Shown here: positions 40,598-50,685 of the stretch, piece by piece
Layout: each line of letters begins with the position of its first letter
Position numbering within the stretch: the first letter of the stretch is position 1
Assembly (NCBI GenBank): GCA_036495905.1
Contig: DASXMB010000054.1
Coordinates: forward strand, 529 to 64,528
Length of the DNA stretch: 64,000 nucleotides
Direction of reading: 5' to 3'
From: Candidatus Acidiferrum sp.
GTDB taxonomy: Bacteria; Acidobacteriota; Terriglobia; Acidiferrales; UBA7541
The notes under the pieces: generated by a model
Seen by the model: the letters and a program-made list of their open reading frames with translations, nothing else
The model's database searches: none
What the model was told of the DNA's origin: nothing
Translations under genes and position numbers: made by a program

Positions 40598-40916
40598 GAA
40601 CTTCGTCTCCTTTGGCTTTTCGCCTTACGCTTGGAGAGGAGCAGCTAGTACACCAAACCCCGTATGCTCACGTTGCTAGCAGCAAATTCAAGCAACAATT
40701 GCACTTAAGGCCGTCAAACAGGGTTAAGTGGGAGCCCAAGAAAGGTACCAGTACCAGTAAAGATTACGCTATTGCCGTATGGAGAGTAATTCTTGCTGAA
40801 TTTTCGAGTTATTCACAAAGCACCAACCCGTGGCATCAGTTGGCCCCAAGAAAAAATGGCCGCGCCAAAAACTCGCGACCTATGTTACACACCTTACAAG
40901 GCTTAAGGGAGATACC

Positions 40917-41117
40917 CTACGCGGCCCTAGACGCTGCGTCCGTTTCCGTTTCCACCGACGGCGTGAAAAAGCGATCCAACGTGCTGTTCGCGGCGTCCAA
41001 AACCAGGTGGCAATCCCGGCAAGAACTCAAATGTCGCTTGATCTCGCTCTCAACGGAAGGCGACAACTTTCCTTCTAAGTACCAGCAAATCAAATGGATA
41101 GTGTCTCGACAGCTCAT
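40917..41117 (-). CDS. Small zf-HC2-type putative anti-sigma factor
   Basis: MSCRDTIHLICWYLEGKLSPSVESEIKRHLSSCRDCHLVLDAA, showing the H-x3-C-x2-C (zf-HC2) pattern. 66 aa from the ATG at 41117. Confidence 0.5.
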   Translation of the reverse strand: MSCRDTIHLICWYLEGKLSPSVESEIKRHLSSCRDCHLVLDAANSTLDRFFTPSVETETDAASRAA

Positions 41118-41337
41118 GTCCCCATCCCCCGCTTCATTTCCCTCGGCCCCGGCCGGACGCCTGTATGGGTGCATTTCTCCGACCAAACCAGGGGAAAACC
41201 CAGTCCTTGCGATATTTGCAATGAAATCAAAGAGTTGAAGACGGACGCAAGCTGAACTGTTCCCGAACGAGGCCGATAGTACCCGAAATCTTTACACTTG
41301 GCCCGCCAGACAGCGACTTATCCCGATCTGGAAACCA

Positions 41338-42204
41338 CTATCGCTGAGGCACGATAGTCATCTGCCGCAATGCCGCGATACGATCCTCCAGCGGAGGGTG
41401 GGTGCTGAACCATGAACTGATAACGCTGCCGCCAAACCACGGCTTCACAATGCACAACGCCGCCGTCGAAGGCGAAACCGAAGTGGTCGGAATCCGCTTG
41501 TTGTAAGCCCCAAGTTTCTCGAGCGCCCGGATCAGCCCATAAGGATTTCCCACCATGCGCGCCCCGGTCGCATCCGCGGCATACTCTCGCTGCCGAGAAA
41601 TACCCAACTGCAGGAGCATGGCCGCAATCGGAGCCAGGAACAGCATCAAGATCGCGCTGAGTCCGCCCTCGCCTCGCCGGTCGTTGTCGCTGCTTCCGCC
41701 ATAGCCAAACAGGCTTGCCCAATATCCCATCCGCGCCAAATACGTCACCGCGCCGGCAATCGTCGCCGCGATCGAGCTGATCAAAATGTCGTAGTTTCGA
41801 ACGTGGGAAAGCTCGTGCGCGATCACACCTTCCAACTCTTCGTCATCCAGCAATTGCAAAATTCCCTGCGTTACCGCCACCGACGCGTGACTCGGATTGC
41901 GCCCGGTCGCAAAGGCATTCGGCGCCGGCTCCGGCACCACATAAAGTTTCGGTACCGGCAAGTTGGCCTTACCCGCGAGCCGCTCCATCACCGCATATAG
42001 CCGTGGCAATTCCTCGCGAGAAACCGGCTTTGCTCCGCTGGACCACAACGCAATTTTGTCCGAGAAAAAATAGGCAATCGCGTTCAATGCAAACGCAACC
42101 CCCAGCGCCATCGTCATGCCCTGGCGGCCGCCAAAATATCCGCCCAGCGTGATCAACAGCAACGTCAACGCACATAGCAAAAACGTCGTTCGCAGAACTT
42201 TCAT
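41338..42204 (-). CDS. htpX: M48-family zinc metalloprotease HtpX
   Basis: 288 aa, four TM segments, HELSHVRNYD (HExxH). Confidence 0.9.
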   Translation of the reverse strand: MKVLRTTFLLCALTLLLITLGGYFGGRQGMTMALGVAFALNAIAYFFSDKIALWSSGAKPVSREELPRLYAVMERLAGKANLPVPKLYVVPEPAPNAFATGRNPSHASVAVTQGILQLLDDEELEGVIAHELSHVRNYDILISSIAATIAGAVTYLARMGYWASLFGYGGSSDNDRRGEGGLSAILMLFLAPIAAMLLQLGISRQREYAADATGARMVGNPYGLIRALEKLGAYNKRIPTTSVSPSTAALCIVKPWFGGSVISSWFSTHPPLEDRIAALRQMTIVPQR

Positions 42205-42284
42205 ACTAGCCTCTATCTACTATACGTCTTCCCCGCCGCGTAATTTCAAGCCGTACAGATGTTCGCGGCAGCGAATCGCAGCCT

Positions 42285-44909
42285 TCAAACACCCGCCGCT
42301 GCCGCCGGTTTTTGCCTCGGCAACTGCTCAAATCGCATCGCGTCCTTATTCCCGTCGCGGTCTACTCGAATTCGCTCGCCCGGTAATACCGCGCCTTCCA
42401 ATATTTGCAGCGCCAGCGGATCCTGCACCATCCGCTGAATCGTCCGCCGTAGTGGCCGAGCACCGTACGCGGGGTCGTAGCCCTCGTGCACCAGCAACTC
42501 TTTCGCCTTTGCGGTCAGCTCCAGCGTGATCTGCCGTTCCTCCAGTAACTTCTCCACATTTTTCAGCAATAGCTCGACGATGCTCTCCAACTGCTCTTTG
42601 CCCAGCGGATTGAAAATCACCACTTCGTCAATCCGGTTGATAAACTCCGGCCGGAACGCCGATCGCATCGCTTCCATCGCTTCTTTGCGCGCTCGCTCCG
42701 GATCCTTCTGTGCCAATTCAAAAATTGCCGTCGACCCCACATTGCTCGTCATCACCAGCACAGTGTTGCGGAAGTCCACCGTCCGCCCTTTGCCGTCGGT
42801 CAACCTTCCATCCTCCAAAATTTGCAAAAGCACATTGAACACATCCGGATGCGCTTTCTCAATTTCGTCAAACAAAATTACCGAGTAAGGATGCCGCCGC
42901 ACTTGTTCGGTCAACTGTCCGCCCTCTTCATACCCAACGTAGCCTGGCGGCGCGCCGATAAGTCGTGACACGCTGTGCTTTTCCATGTACTCAGACATAT
43001 CGATCCGAATCATCAATTTTTCATCATCGAACAAGAACTCCGCGAGAGCCCGCGCCAGCTCGGTTTTTCCCACACCCGTCGGCCCCAGGAAAATAAAGGA
43101 ACCGATTGGCCGCTTGGCGTCAGACAAACCTGCTCTGCTCCGCCGCACCGCATTCGCCACCCTCGCTAGCGCTTCATCTTGCCCCACCACACGCTGTCGC
43201 AAACGGTCTTCCATGCGCACCAGTTTCTGCGCCTCGCCTTCCAGCAGCCGCCCCACCGGTATGCCCGTCCATTTGCTAACCAGCTTGGCGATATCTTCTT
43301 CGTCGACCTCTTCCTTCAGCATCGGCGCATCTTTTTGCACCGCCGAAAATTGTTCTTCCGCCCGCTTCAGCTCATTTTCCGCTGCCGCAATTTTTCCATA
43401 GCGAATTTCCGCGACTTTGGCCAGCTCACCCGACCGTTCGTAGCGCTGCTCCTCCGATTTCAGTTGATCGATCTGTTCTTTCAGCTTGCGAATCTTCCCG
43501 ATAGCCTGCTTTTCCGCTTGCCAGCGCGCTTTGCGTCCGCTCGAATCCTCGCGCAGTTTTGCCAGCTCTTTTTCAATTTGCGTTCGGCGCTCTTTGGAGT
43601 GCACATCTTTTTCTTTTAGCAGCGCCTGCCGCTCAATTTCCAACTGCATGATGCGTCGTTCCACCTCGTCAATTTCCACCGGCAGTGAATCGATCTGCAT
43701 GCGCAGACTTGCCGCAGCCTCATCAATCACATCGATAGCCTTGTCCGGCAGAAAACGGTCCGAGATGTACCGATGCGAAAGCGTGGCCGCCGCCAGAATC
43801 GCCGCATCCTTAATGCGGACCCCGTGATGAACCTCGTAGCGTTCCTTCAACCCGCGCAAAATCGAAATCGTATCGGCAACGCTCGGTTCGCCCACCAGCA
43901 CCGGCTGGAAGCGCCGCTCCAACGCCGGATCTTTTTCAATATATTTTTTGTACTCGTTCAGCGTGGTCGCCCCAATTGCGCGCAACTCGCCCCGCGCCAG
44001 CGCCGGTTTCAAAATGTTTGAAGCATCCATCGACCCTTCAGCGGCTCCCGCGCCCACCAATGTGTGCAGTTCGTCGATGAACAAAATGATCTGCCCTTCA
44101 GCTTCCGTGATTTCCTTGAGCACCGCTTTCAATCGCTCTTCAAATTCGCCACGAAATTTCGCGCCCGCCACCAGTGCCGCCAAATCAAGGGCCACCAACT
44201 TCTTGGTCTTCAGCACGTCGGGGACGTCGCCGGAAACAATACGCTGCGCCAGTCCTTCCACAATCGCCGTCTTGCCCACGCCCGGCTCGCCAATCAACAC
44301 GGGATTGTTTTTCGTTCGTCGCGCCAAGATCTGCATCACTCGCCGAATCTCTTCATCGCGTCCAATTACCGGGTCAAGTTTCGATCGGCGAGCTAAATCG
44401 GTCAGGTCTCGCGCGTACTTCTCAAGCGAAGCGTAAGTCGCTTCGGGATTCTGCGACGTCACTCTCTGGTTTCCACGTACTCCAGTTAGCGCCTGAAGAA
44501 TCGCTTCGTGCGAAGCTCCCTGCCTCTTCAACAATTGCCCGGCAGCATCGCGATCTGCACCCGCAATCGCCAAAAACATATGCTCGGTGGAAACGTATTC
44601 ATCCTTAAAATTTTCCGCCTCGGTAAACGCCTTCTCCAACACATCGTTCAGCGCCCGGCTCATGTTGTGCTGTCCAAAGCCAGACACCTTCGGCAGCCGC
44701 GCGATCTCTCGCTCCATATCCTGAGCCAAAGCTTCTTTGCGAATCCCCAATTTCGCCAGCAGCGGAGACACCACTCCATCCGTCTGCTCCACCAAAGCCA
44801 TCAGAAGATGGATTGGTTCCAGCTGTTGATTTTCATGACGCGCGGCAACCTCTTGCGCGTTCTGCAGCGCTTCTTGCGCTTTCACCGTCATTTTTTCGAA
44901 TCGCAACAT
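42285..44909 (-). CDS. clpB: ATP-dependent chaperone / disaggregase ClpB
   Basis: [19 protein letters not shown]..., two AAA+ modules (GEPGVGKTA; GPTGVGKTE) and a long coiled-coil M-domain. GAGGAAAGG RBS before the ATG at 44909. Confidence 0.95.
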   Translation of the reverse strand: MLRFEKMTVKAQEALQNAQEVAARHENQQLEPIHLLMALVEQTDGVVSPLLAKLGIRKEALAQDMEREIARLPKVSGFGQHNMSRALNDVLEKAFTEAENFKDEYVSTEHMFLAIAGADRDAAGQLLKRQGASHEAILQALTGVRGNQRVTSQNPEATYASLEKYARDLTDLARRSKLDPVIGRDEEIRRVMQILARRTKNNPVLIGEPGVGKTAIVEGLAQRIVSGDVPDVLKTKKLVALDLAALVAGAKFRGEFEERLKAVLKEITEAEGQIILFIDELHTLVGAGAAEGSMDASNILKPALARGELRAIGATTLNEYKKYIEKDPALERRFQPVLVGEPSVADTISILRGLKERYEVHHGVRIKDAAILAAATLSHRYISDRFLPDKAIDVIDEAAASLRMQIDSLPVEIDEVERRIMQLEIERQALLKEKDVHSKERRTQIEKELAKLREDSSGRKARWQAEKQAIGKIRKLKEQIDQLKSEEQRYERSGELAKVAEIRYGKIAAAENELKRAEEQFSAVQKDAPMLKEEVDEEDIAKLVSKWTGIPVGRLLEGEAQKLVRMEDRLRQRVVGQDEALARVANAVRRSRAGLSDAKRPIGSFIFLGPTGVGKTELARALAEFLFDDEKLMIRIDMSEYMEKHSVSRLIGAPPGYVGYEEGGQLTEQVRRHPYSVILFDEIEKAHPDVFNVLLQILEDGRLTDGKGRTVDFRNTVLVMTSNVGSTAIFELAQKDPERARKEAMEAMRSAFRPEFINRIDEVVIFNPLGKEQLESIVELLLKNVEKLLEERQITLELTAKAKELLVHEGYDPAYGARPLRRTIQRMVQDPLALQILEGAVLPGERIRVDRDGNKDAMRFEQLPRQKPAAAAGV

Positions 44910-45063
44910 GCTACCTTTCCTCTGCTTAACTAGTTTACGCCGCTGCTGAAAAGAAGGGCTGGCCAAATCAGCAGCCCCGCGCGCTTCACCCGGCCTGGAT
45001 CAACCCCGCATTCATCTGCGGTTCAAAGTGCAAGGCTCGATTCCACCATATGACTACAGCGCA

Positions 45064-45092
45064 ATGATAAAATATGCGCGTAATAGTGTCAA
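45064..45092 (-). promoter_or_regulatory. Sigma70-like promoter for clpB
   Basis: On the minus strand: TTGACA (45092-45087), 17 nt spacer, TATCAT (45069-45064), about 155 nt upstream of the clpB ATG. Confidence 0.5.
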
Positions 45093-45093
45093 G

Positions 45094-45123
45094 TATAGAG
45101 TGGGGCCGAAAAATCACTCTATA
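45094..45123. promoter_or_regulatory. Perfect 9-bp inverted repeat abutting the clpB -35 box (candidate operator)
   Basis: TATAGAGTG-N12-CACTCTATA (45094-45102 and 45115-45123). Confidence 0.35.
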
Positions 45124-45247
45124 ACCATTGTTATCTGCTATTTATAGCTAATCTTGCGTATCCAGTCCCACGCCAGTGTTCCCGCCCCCACTAAGCCTCC
45201 TCTGATTCCCCCAACCCTCTTGACCCCTTATTGCTAAACTAAGCCCC

Positions 45248-46345
45248 ATGCTCCTGGACGATATCGACTATCACCTTCCGAAAGCCCAAATCGCCCAGCG
45301 CCCTCTCGAACGCAGAGAAGACTCCCGCCTTCTACTGGTTGAACGCGAAACCGGCCATCATCGCGACGCTGCCTTTTCCCATCTCCCGAGCCTGCTCCAA
45401 GGCGACGAGCTGCTAGTGTTCAACAACACCCGAGTCATTCCCGCCAGGCTTCTGGGACGCCGCGCTAGCACCACTCGATCTTCCGATTCCGCTGCCCCGC
45501 AACCCGGGCATCTCACCGGTACTGTCGAAATCTTCCTTACCAAGCAACTCGATCCTTCCACCTGGCAAGCTCTCGTCCGCCCGGGCCGAAAAATACGTCT
45601 CGGCGAGCGAATTCTTTTTGGCAATGGCGATTTGGAGGCAGAAATCACAGACCGCGGCGAACTAGGATCACGTACAGTGCGATTCACTTCCCGCGACGGC
45701 CAGGACATCACGCACCACATCAATCAACTCGGCCACATCCCACTTCCCCCATACATCGATCGTGCCGACGAATCCTCCGATCGCGAACGCTACCAAACTG
45801 TTTTTGCCAAACAACCAGGCGCCATCGCCGCCCCCACCGCCGCCCTGCATTTCACTCCTGAAATTCTGCAAGCCATCCGCGCACGCGGCGCGGAAATCTG
45901 CGAAATCACTTTACACGTCGGCCTGGGAACATTTCAGCCCATTCACGGCGATACGCTGGAAAGCCATGTGATGCATTCCGAATCCTACGAAATTAGCGAC
46001 GCAACTGCGCAAAGCATTCACGCAGCGCACTCCTCGAAGCGCCCCATTCTCGCCATCGGCACCACAGTTGTTCGCGCTCTGGAAGACGCTGCCGCCCGCG
46101 CAACAAATCTGAGCTCCGCTCCAATCGCCGCCCCCGGAAAAGCCGAAGCCAGCATTTTCATAACTCCTGGATTCCGATTCCGCATCGTCGATGCTCTGCT
46201 GACCAACTTTCACCTTCCGCGTTCCACGTTGCTCGCCCTGGTTTGCGCCTTCGCCGGCCGCCAGCATACTCTAGCCGCCTACAATCACGCGGTCGAAGCC
46301 GGCTACCGCTTCTACAGCTACGGCGATTGCATGCTGATCCGCTGA
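45248..46345 (+). CDS. queA: S-adenosylmethionine:tRNA ribosyltransferase-isomerase
   Basis: 365 aa, LDDIDYHLPKAQIAQRPLERREDSRLL...IPLPPYI...TNFHLPRSTLLALV...YRFYSYGDCMLI. Confidence 0.9.
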   Translation: MLLDDIDYHLPKAQIAQRPLERREDSRLLLVERETGHHRDAAFSHLPSLLQGDELLVFNNTRVIPARLLGRRASTTRSSDSAAPQPGHLTGTVEIFLTKQLDPSTWQALVRPGRKIRLGERILFGNGDLEAEITDRGELGSRTVRFTSRDGQDITHHINQLGHIPLPPYIDRADESSDRERYQTVFAKQPGAIAAPTAALHFTPEILQAIRARGAEICEITLHVGLGTFQPIHGDTLESHVMHSESYEISDATAQSIHAAHSSKRPILAIGTTVVRALEDAAARATNLSSAPIAAPGKAEASIFITPGFRFRIVDALLTNFHLPRSTLLALVCAFAGRQHTLAAYNHAVEAGYRFYSYGDCMLIR

Positions 46346-46364
46346 AACATCAATCAACTCCCAA

Positions 46365-46406
46365 AAATCAAAAAAAGAGGCTCCGCAATTGCAGAGCCTC
46401 TTTTTC
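46365..46406. terminator. Bidirectional intrinsic terminator between queA and the convergent small gene
   Basis: AAAAAAA-GAGGCTC-cgcaattgca-GAGCCTC-TTTTT. Confidence 0.6.
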
Positions 46407-46434
46407 GTCCCGATTCGAAATCACTACGCGTTTC

Positions 46435-46767
46435 TTATTCGCTGAAAACAAAAACCCGATTCTGTCCAGCAAACCGAACTTCCTTCACTTGTCCGTTGGC
46501 GTCCAGAAGCACTGCGTCATATTGCGATTTCGAATCGCGATCTTCCCAGCGCCCTTCGGATTCGGCCACCAGTTGCTTGCCCTTTTGCACCGTGGCTTTG
46601 TTGCCGTCGATGAGCAAGCGATATTCACCCGCCTTCAGATCCGCCTTGCCCACTTTTGCTGCCTGCGTGATATTGATGGTCCGCGAAACTGGCTTGGCAA
46701 AAACCGGTACTGTCAGCGCCAATGCGGCCAGCAATGCTGTAGTGCGTATAATCCCGTTGGTTTTCAT
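46435..46767 (-). CDS. Hypothetical small secreted protein
   Basis: Signal peptide MKTNGIIRTTALLAALALTVPVFA, 110 aa. No family recognised. Confidence 0.5.
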   Translation of the reverse strand: MKTNGIIRTTALLAALALTVPVFAKPVSRTINITQAAKVGKADLKAGEYRLLIDGNKATVQKGKQLVAESEGRWEDRDSKSQYDAVLLDANGQVKEVRFAGQNRVFVFSE

Positions 46768-46839
46768 GGTGTCAATTTCCTTTCACACGCTTAAATGAGG
46801 ATCGATTCAAGCCGCTACAAGCTAGCTGGCCGGAACGAG

Positions 46840-46869
46840 TTGACACGCATGATGGAGACGAAGTAGTCT
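46840..46869 (+). promoter_or_regulatory. Orphan sigma70-like promoter
   Basis: TTGACA (46840-46845), 18 nt spacer, TAGTCT (46864-46869). Confidence 0.35.
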
Positions 46870-46875
46870 CGCGAA

Positions 46876-46956
46876 AAGACACCAACTCTTCCTGGACTAA
46901 CGGCCGGAAAGTGCGTGTCGCAACTCCCCGCGGCTGCCACCGCGGGGTTTTTCTTT
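46876..46956 (+). ncRNA. Candidate small RNA of about 80 nt, defined only by a promoter and an intrinsic terminator
   Basis: A terminator CCCCGCGG-ctgcca-CCGCGGGG followed by TTTTTCTTT lies at 46926-46956. There is no upstream plus-strand ORF that it could serve, and the next plus-strand gene starts about 320 nt later. Confidence 0.3.
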
Positions 46957-47273
46957 AAGTCCTCGAACCATCCAACAACCCGATATTCGGCTGCTCTTGT
47001 ATAGACGAATCACCCCCAGCGAATGTTTCGGTCCCGGGGAAAGATTTCTCGCGATACCACCTTATCCCCCTGCAAACATGCAATATTCGCGGTTCGTTCA
47101 CATATCCATGTTAAACCCTCCTAAAAATTAGATTTCGGCGACACCTTTTCCTCTTTCATGCGTCGCCGGCGCGCCGCTATTTCGCCTCACGGCTCTCGTC
47201 CATCTTTGCGATCCGCTGTGCATCTGCGCGTCGCTTCATCTATACTCAAGTGCTCTTTTTTGGGATGCGCTGA

Positions 47274-48023
47274 ATGCGAATTCTCGTCCTCACCGATCTC
47301 CACGCCAACGCGACCGCGCTTGCCGCTGCCCTCGAAGCCACCAAAGGGCGCTGGGACACCGTGGTCTGTCTCGGTGACATTGTCGGCTACGGCCCCGATC
47401 CCAATGAAGTAGCCGGCAAGATCCGTGAAATTGGCGCGCGCACTATCCGCGGCAATCACGACAAAGCCGTCGCAAATCTGATGCCCACCGACGACTTCAA
47501 TCCCGTGGCCAAAGCTGCCGTCGATTGGACCCGTACCCAGCTCACCGCCGAAAATCTTTCCTGGCTTTCCGCGTTGCCGCAGGGTCCCCTGGAAACCGAC
47601 GGCATCGTCCTGGTCCACGGTGCGTTTCAAGACGAAGACGAATATGTCTTTACGCCCGCGCAAGCTCTCGAAGGATTGCTCGATTCCACCAGTCCTGTCA
47701 CCTTCTTCGGGCACACCCATCATCAAGGCGGATTTGCCTACGAAGCCGCCAACAATAATCTCGAAGTGCTGCACATCCGTCCGCGCGCGTCGGAATCCTT
47801 TGCTCCTCTGCGCACCGAGTCGCGGCGGCGCTATTTGCTGAATCCCGGATCCGTCGGCCAGCCGCGTGATGGCGATCCGCGCGCCGGCTTTGCCATCGCG
47901 GATCTCGAGCATCAGACAGTTGAATTCTGGCGCATTCCGTACGATATTTCGTCTGTACAAACGCGCATGCGTGCTGCGCGTCTCCCAGACGCTCTGGTCA
48001 ATCGGCTGACCGCAGGCCGCTGA
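47274..48023 (+). CDS. Metallophosphoesterase-family protein
   Basis: MRILVLTDLHAN...CLGDIVGYGPDP...RGNHD...HGAF...GHTH..., the calcineurin-like phosphoesterase motifs. Confidence 0.8.
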   Translation: MRILVLTDLHANATALAAALEATKGRWDTVVCLGDIVGYGPDPNEVAGKIREIGARTIRGNHDKAVANLMPTDDFNPVAKAAVDWTRTQLTAENLSWLSALPQGPLETDGIVLVHGAFQDEDEYVFTPAQALEGLLDSTSPVTFFGHTHHQGGFAYEAANNNLEVLHIRPRASESFAPLRTESRRRYLLNPGSVGQPRDGDPRAGFAIADLEHQTVEFWRIPYDISSVQTRMRAARLPDALVNRLTAGR

Positions 48024-48039
48024 CCCGACCGGTGTTTCC

Positions 48040-48537
48040 ATGAAACCCTTCCAGGAAATAGCGCCTGATCAGTCCGCTTCAAATCGCAAACGCGCTCGCG
48101 CATGGATGTTGCTTGTGCTGGTCCCTGTCTTAATAGGCGCGGTCGTTTTTTGGTCCCAGCCTCGCTCTAATCGCCGCCCATCGGCATCGGCAACTTCCTC
48201 TCCCGCAAAACAAGCCCAGGCCTCGCAAATCCGCGTGCAAAATATCACTATGAGCCAGGCCGAAAGTTTTCTCGATCAACAGGTCACCACGATTTCCGGA
48301 GAAGTCGTAAACGTCGGACAGCGGCCCGTAACCGCCGTCATCCTCACCATCGAATTCGCAGACCAATTCGGCCAGGTCATTCTCCGGGAAACCCGTCCGG
48401 CTTTTTCCCCTTCCGCCTTGCAACTCGCTCCCGGCCAGCAGCGTTCCTTTGACGCCGCCTTCGAGCGCCTGCCCAACGATTGGAACGTACAGCCCCCACC
48501 GGTACAGGTAACTGATTTTCAGACTCTCGATAAATAG
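48040..48537 (+). CDS. Hypothetical membrane-anchored protein
   Basis: One TM helix (WMLLVLVPVLIGAVVFW) followed by a beta-rich domain of about 110 aa. No family recognised. Confidence 0.45.
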   Translation: MKPFQEIAPDQSASNRKRARAWMLLVLVPVLIGAVVFWSQPRSNRRPSASATSSPAKQAQASQIRVQNITMSQAESFLDQQVTTISGEVVNVGQRPVTAVILTIEFADQFGQVILRETRPAFSPSALQLAPGQQRSFDAAFERLPNDWNVQPPPVQVTDFQTLDK

Positions 48538-48574
48538 TAGTGCCTGTGTACGTAATTGACTTATAATCACCCTC

Positions 48575-50053
48575 GTGGAACTCGCCACGGAACTCGAAGC
48601 CAGCCTTCGCGAATTTGTCACCGCCTCCTCTGTCGAGGTGCGCGAAAACGGCGGACGCGTCGCTCCCTTCACTGGTTTGTCCTGGGAAGTCCGCGGTACC
48701 GCGGAAAAACCTCTCCTGCATCTGTGGTCTGCGAGTTATAACCTGACCCGCCGCGTCCTTGCCATTACCGATCATTCCGAGGAACGCCTGGCCTTAGCCG
48801 TCGAGCGCTTCGGCCGCAGGAAACCAGACCGCCTGGAATTCGTTCGCGTGGAATTCGAGCCGTCTCCTCGCGAACTTTCCCGCGAAGAATTTTGCGAACG
48901 CCTCGGCCGCATCCTCGCCCAACAATTTCCAGACGAAACCCTCGAATCGCTCACCGTTGCTCCGGACCTCGAGCATTCTCTCTCCAGAAATTACGCACGT
49001 GGTCTGCTGCGTCGCGGCTCCTCGCTTTGGGCAGTCCTTGCCGTTCCGGATGGCGAATCCGCGGAAACCACCGAAAACAGTCTCACCTTCGCGCTTCTCT
49101 GGCTCGAGCGTGCCCGCCACTCCGCTCACCGCGGATCGATTGCGGGAGTTCGCCTGATTCTTCCGAAGGGCGCAAGCCGTGGCGTGTCTTACCGCGCTCG
49201 CGCGCTCCGTTCCCAATTTTCTTTAGAGATTTATGAACGAGACCCCATGCGTGAAACCCTTACCAAAATGGACCCGCAGTTGGCAGGAAATCTCGATACT
49301 TGGCTCGTCCCCAGACGTGAACCCCAATCCTTGTTAGACCAGGCTAGCGGAGACCTCGACCCCATCATCGCTCTCGCTCCTCGCGCCATCACCGCGCATC
49401 CGCAAGCGCAATCGCGAGAAGTTTGGCTGCGCTTTCGTGGGCTCGCCTTCGCCCGTTGGCATGGCGGGCGTGTTTTTTTTGGCGCCACCGACGTCCGCGA
49501 AAAACTCAGCTCCCCATCCGATCTCGCCTTCAAACAATTGCTCCACGATCTCGAACTTTATCGCCATCCTCTCGCCACCGACACCCGCCACAGCCTCTTC
49601 CGCCAGCAACCAGAGCGCTGGCTGGAATCCATCGTTCGAGAAGACGTCTCCCGTATCGACGCTTCATTCGACTCTCGCTTTGCTTACACCAAGGTTTTTG
49701 CTGACGCTGGCGGCGATCACGGCATTCTCGATCTGCTCACCGTCACCCGCTCCGGCCGCCTCGCCATCATCGAGCTCAAAGCTAGCGAGTACATGCATCT
49801 CCCGCTGCAAGCTGCCGACTACTGGCTGCGTATCCGCCGTCATCTCGAACTCGGCGATTTCGCGCGTTGCGGATTTTTTCCCGGCGTCGAGCTGCAATCC
49901 GCCCCTCCGCTCGTTGTCCTCGTGGCTCCCGCTCTGCGTTTTCATCCTGCGAACGATATCCTCCTCCGTCAGCTTTCCTCCGAATTGGAAATTTCCCGCA
50001 TCGGCCTCGCCGAAAGCTGGCGCCGCGGCATCCGCGTCGTTATGCGTCACTAA
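48575..50053 (+). CDS. Hypothetical 492-aa protein with a C-terminal PD-(D/E)xK / NucS-like nuclease motif
   Basis: PERWLESIVREDVSRID...GGDHGILDLLTVTRSGRLAIIELKASE resembles the G-x-IDLL...(I/V)E(L/V)K core of the restriction-endonuclease-like fold. GTG start. Confidence 0.55.
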   Translation: MELATELEASLREFVTASSVEVRENGGRVAPFTGLSWEVRGTAEKPLLHLWSASYNLTRRVLAITDHSEERLALAVERFGRRKPDRLEFVRVEFEPSPRELSREEFCERLGRILAQQFPDETLESLTVAPDLEHSLSRNYARGLLRRGSSLWAVLAVPDGESAETTENSLTFALLWLERARHSAHRGSIAGVRLILPKGASRGVSYRARALRSQFSLEIYERDPMRETLTKMDPQLAGNLDTWLVPRREPQSLLDQASGDLDPIIALAPRAITAHPQAQSREVWLRFRGLAFARWHGGRVFFGATDVREKLSSPSDLAFKQLLHDLELYRHPLATDTRHSLFRQQPERWLESIVREDVSRIDASFDSRFAYTKVFADAGGDHGILDLLTVTRSGRLAIIELKASEYMHLPLQAADYWLRIRRHLELGDFARCGFFPGVELQSAPPLVVLVAPALRFHPANDILLRQLSSELEISRIGLAESWRRGIRVVMRH

Positions 50054-50202
50054 ACTCGTCGAGCTGTCATGGCTAACTGGATTTGGCTGTGACCTTGTTC
50101 AAATCCTTCGCCTACCCAATATATTTTTCCTCACTACTATTTTTCACTGACCCCGCAACCTTGACAGCGATAGGTGCTCGCCCTACACTATGGAGTTTTT
50201 AG

Positions 50203-50595
50203 ATGGCCCTAAAAATCTACACAGAGGGGGCTGAGCTTCCCATGGATAAGAAAAGACTCGAATACTATAAGAAAAAGTTGAGCACCCGCCGCGAAGAGCT
50301 GATGAAGACGATCGCGCGCACCGAAGAAGAAGGTCGTCAAGCCGACGATGATCCGACGGTCGATCTCGCTGACAAAGCCGCGAACTCCTATACCAAGGAA
50401 TTCCTGTTCGGCATGACCAACACCGATCGCACCATCCTCAACATGATCGACGACGCTCTGAAGCGCATCAAGATCAATGAGTACGGCACCTGCGCGAACT
50501 GTCAGGAAGAGATGCAGCAAAAGCGCCTCGAAGCTGTGCCCTGGACCAAGCATTGCATCACTTGCCAGGAAAAACTCGAGCAAGGCCTGCTGTAA
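50203..50595 (+). CDS. DksA/TraR-family C4 zinc-finger protein
   Basis: A coiled-coil N-terminal region and then CANCQEEMQQKRLEAVPWTKHCITCQ. The start could instead be the internal Met (MDKKRLEYY). Confidence 0.8.
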   Translation: MALKIYTEGAELPMDKKRLEYYKKKLSTRREELMKTIARTEEEGRQADDDPTVDLADKAANSYTKEFLFGMTNTDRTILNMIDDALKRIKINEYGTCANCQEEMQQKRLEAVPWTKHCITCQEKLEQGLL

Positions 50596-50685
50596 TCGCC
50601 GGCGCGTCGCAAATCGCCAGCATACTTACTCTCTCATAAAGTACTGCTTTGCTTATTCCCCGGTCAGGAGTAGGCTTGCGGTGCC

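Noticed and set aside
45094-45123. The clpB upstream palindrome, considered as a CIRCE or HAIR heat-shock operator.
   Set aside because: Arm sequence and spacing differ from both consensus elements. It is kept only as an unclassified candidate operator.
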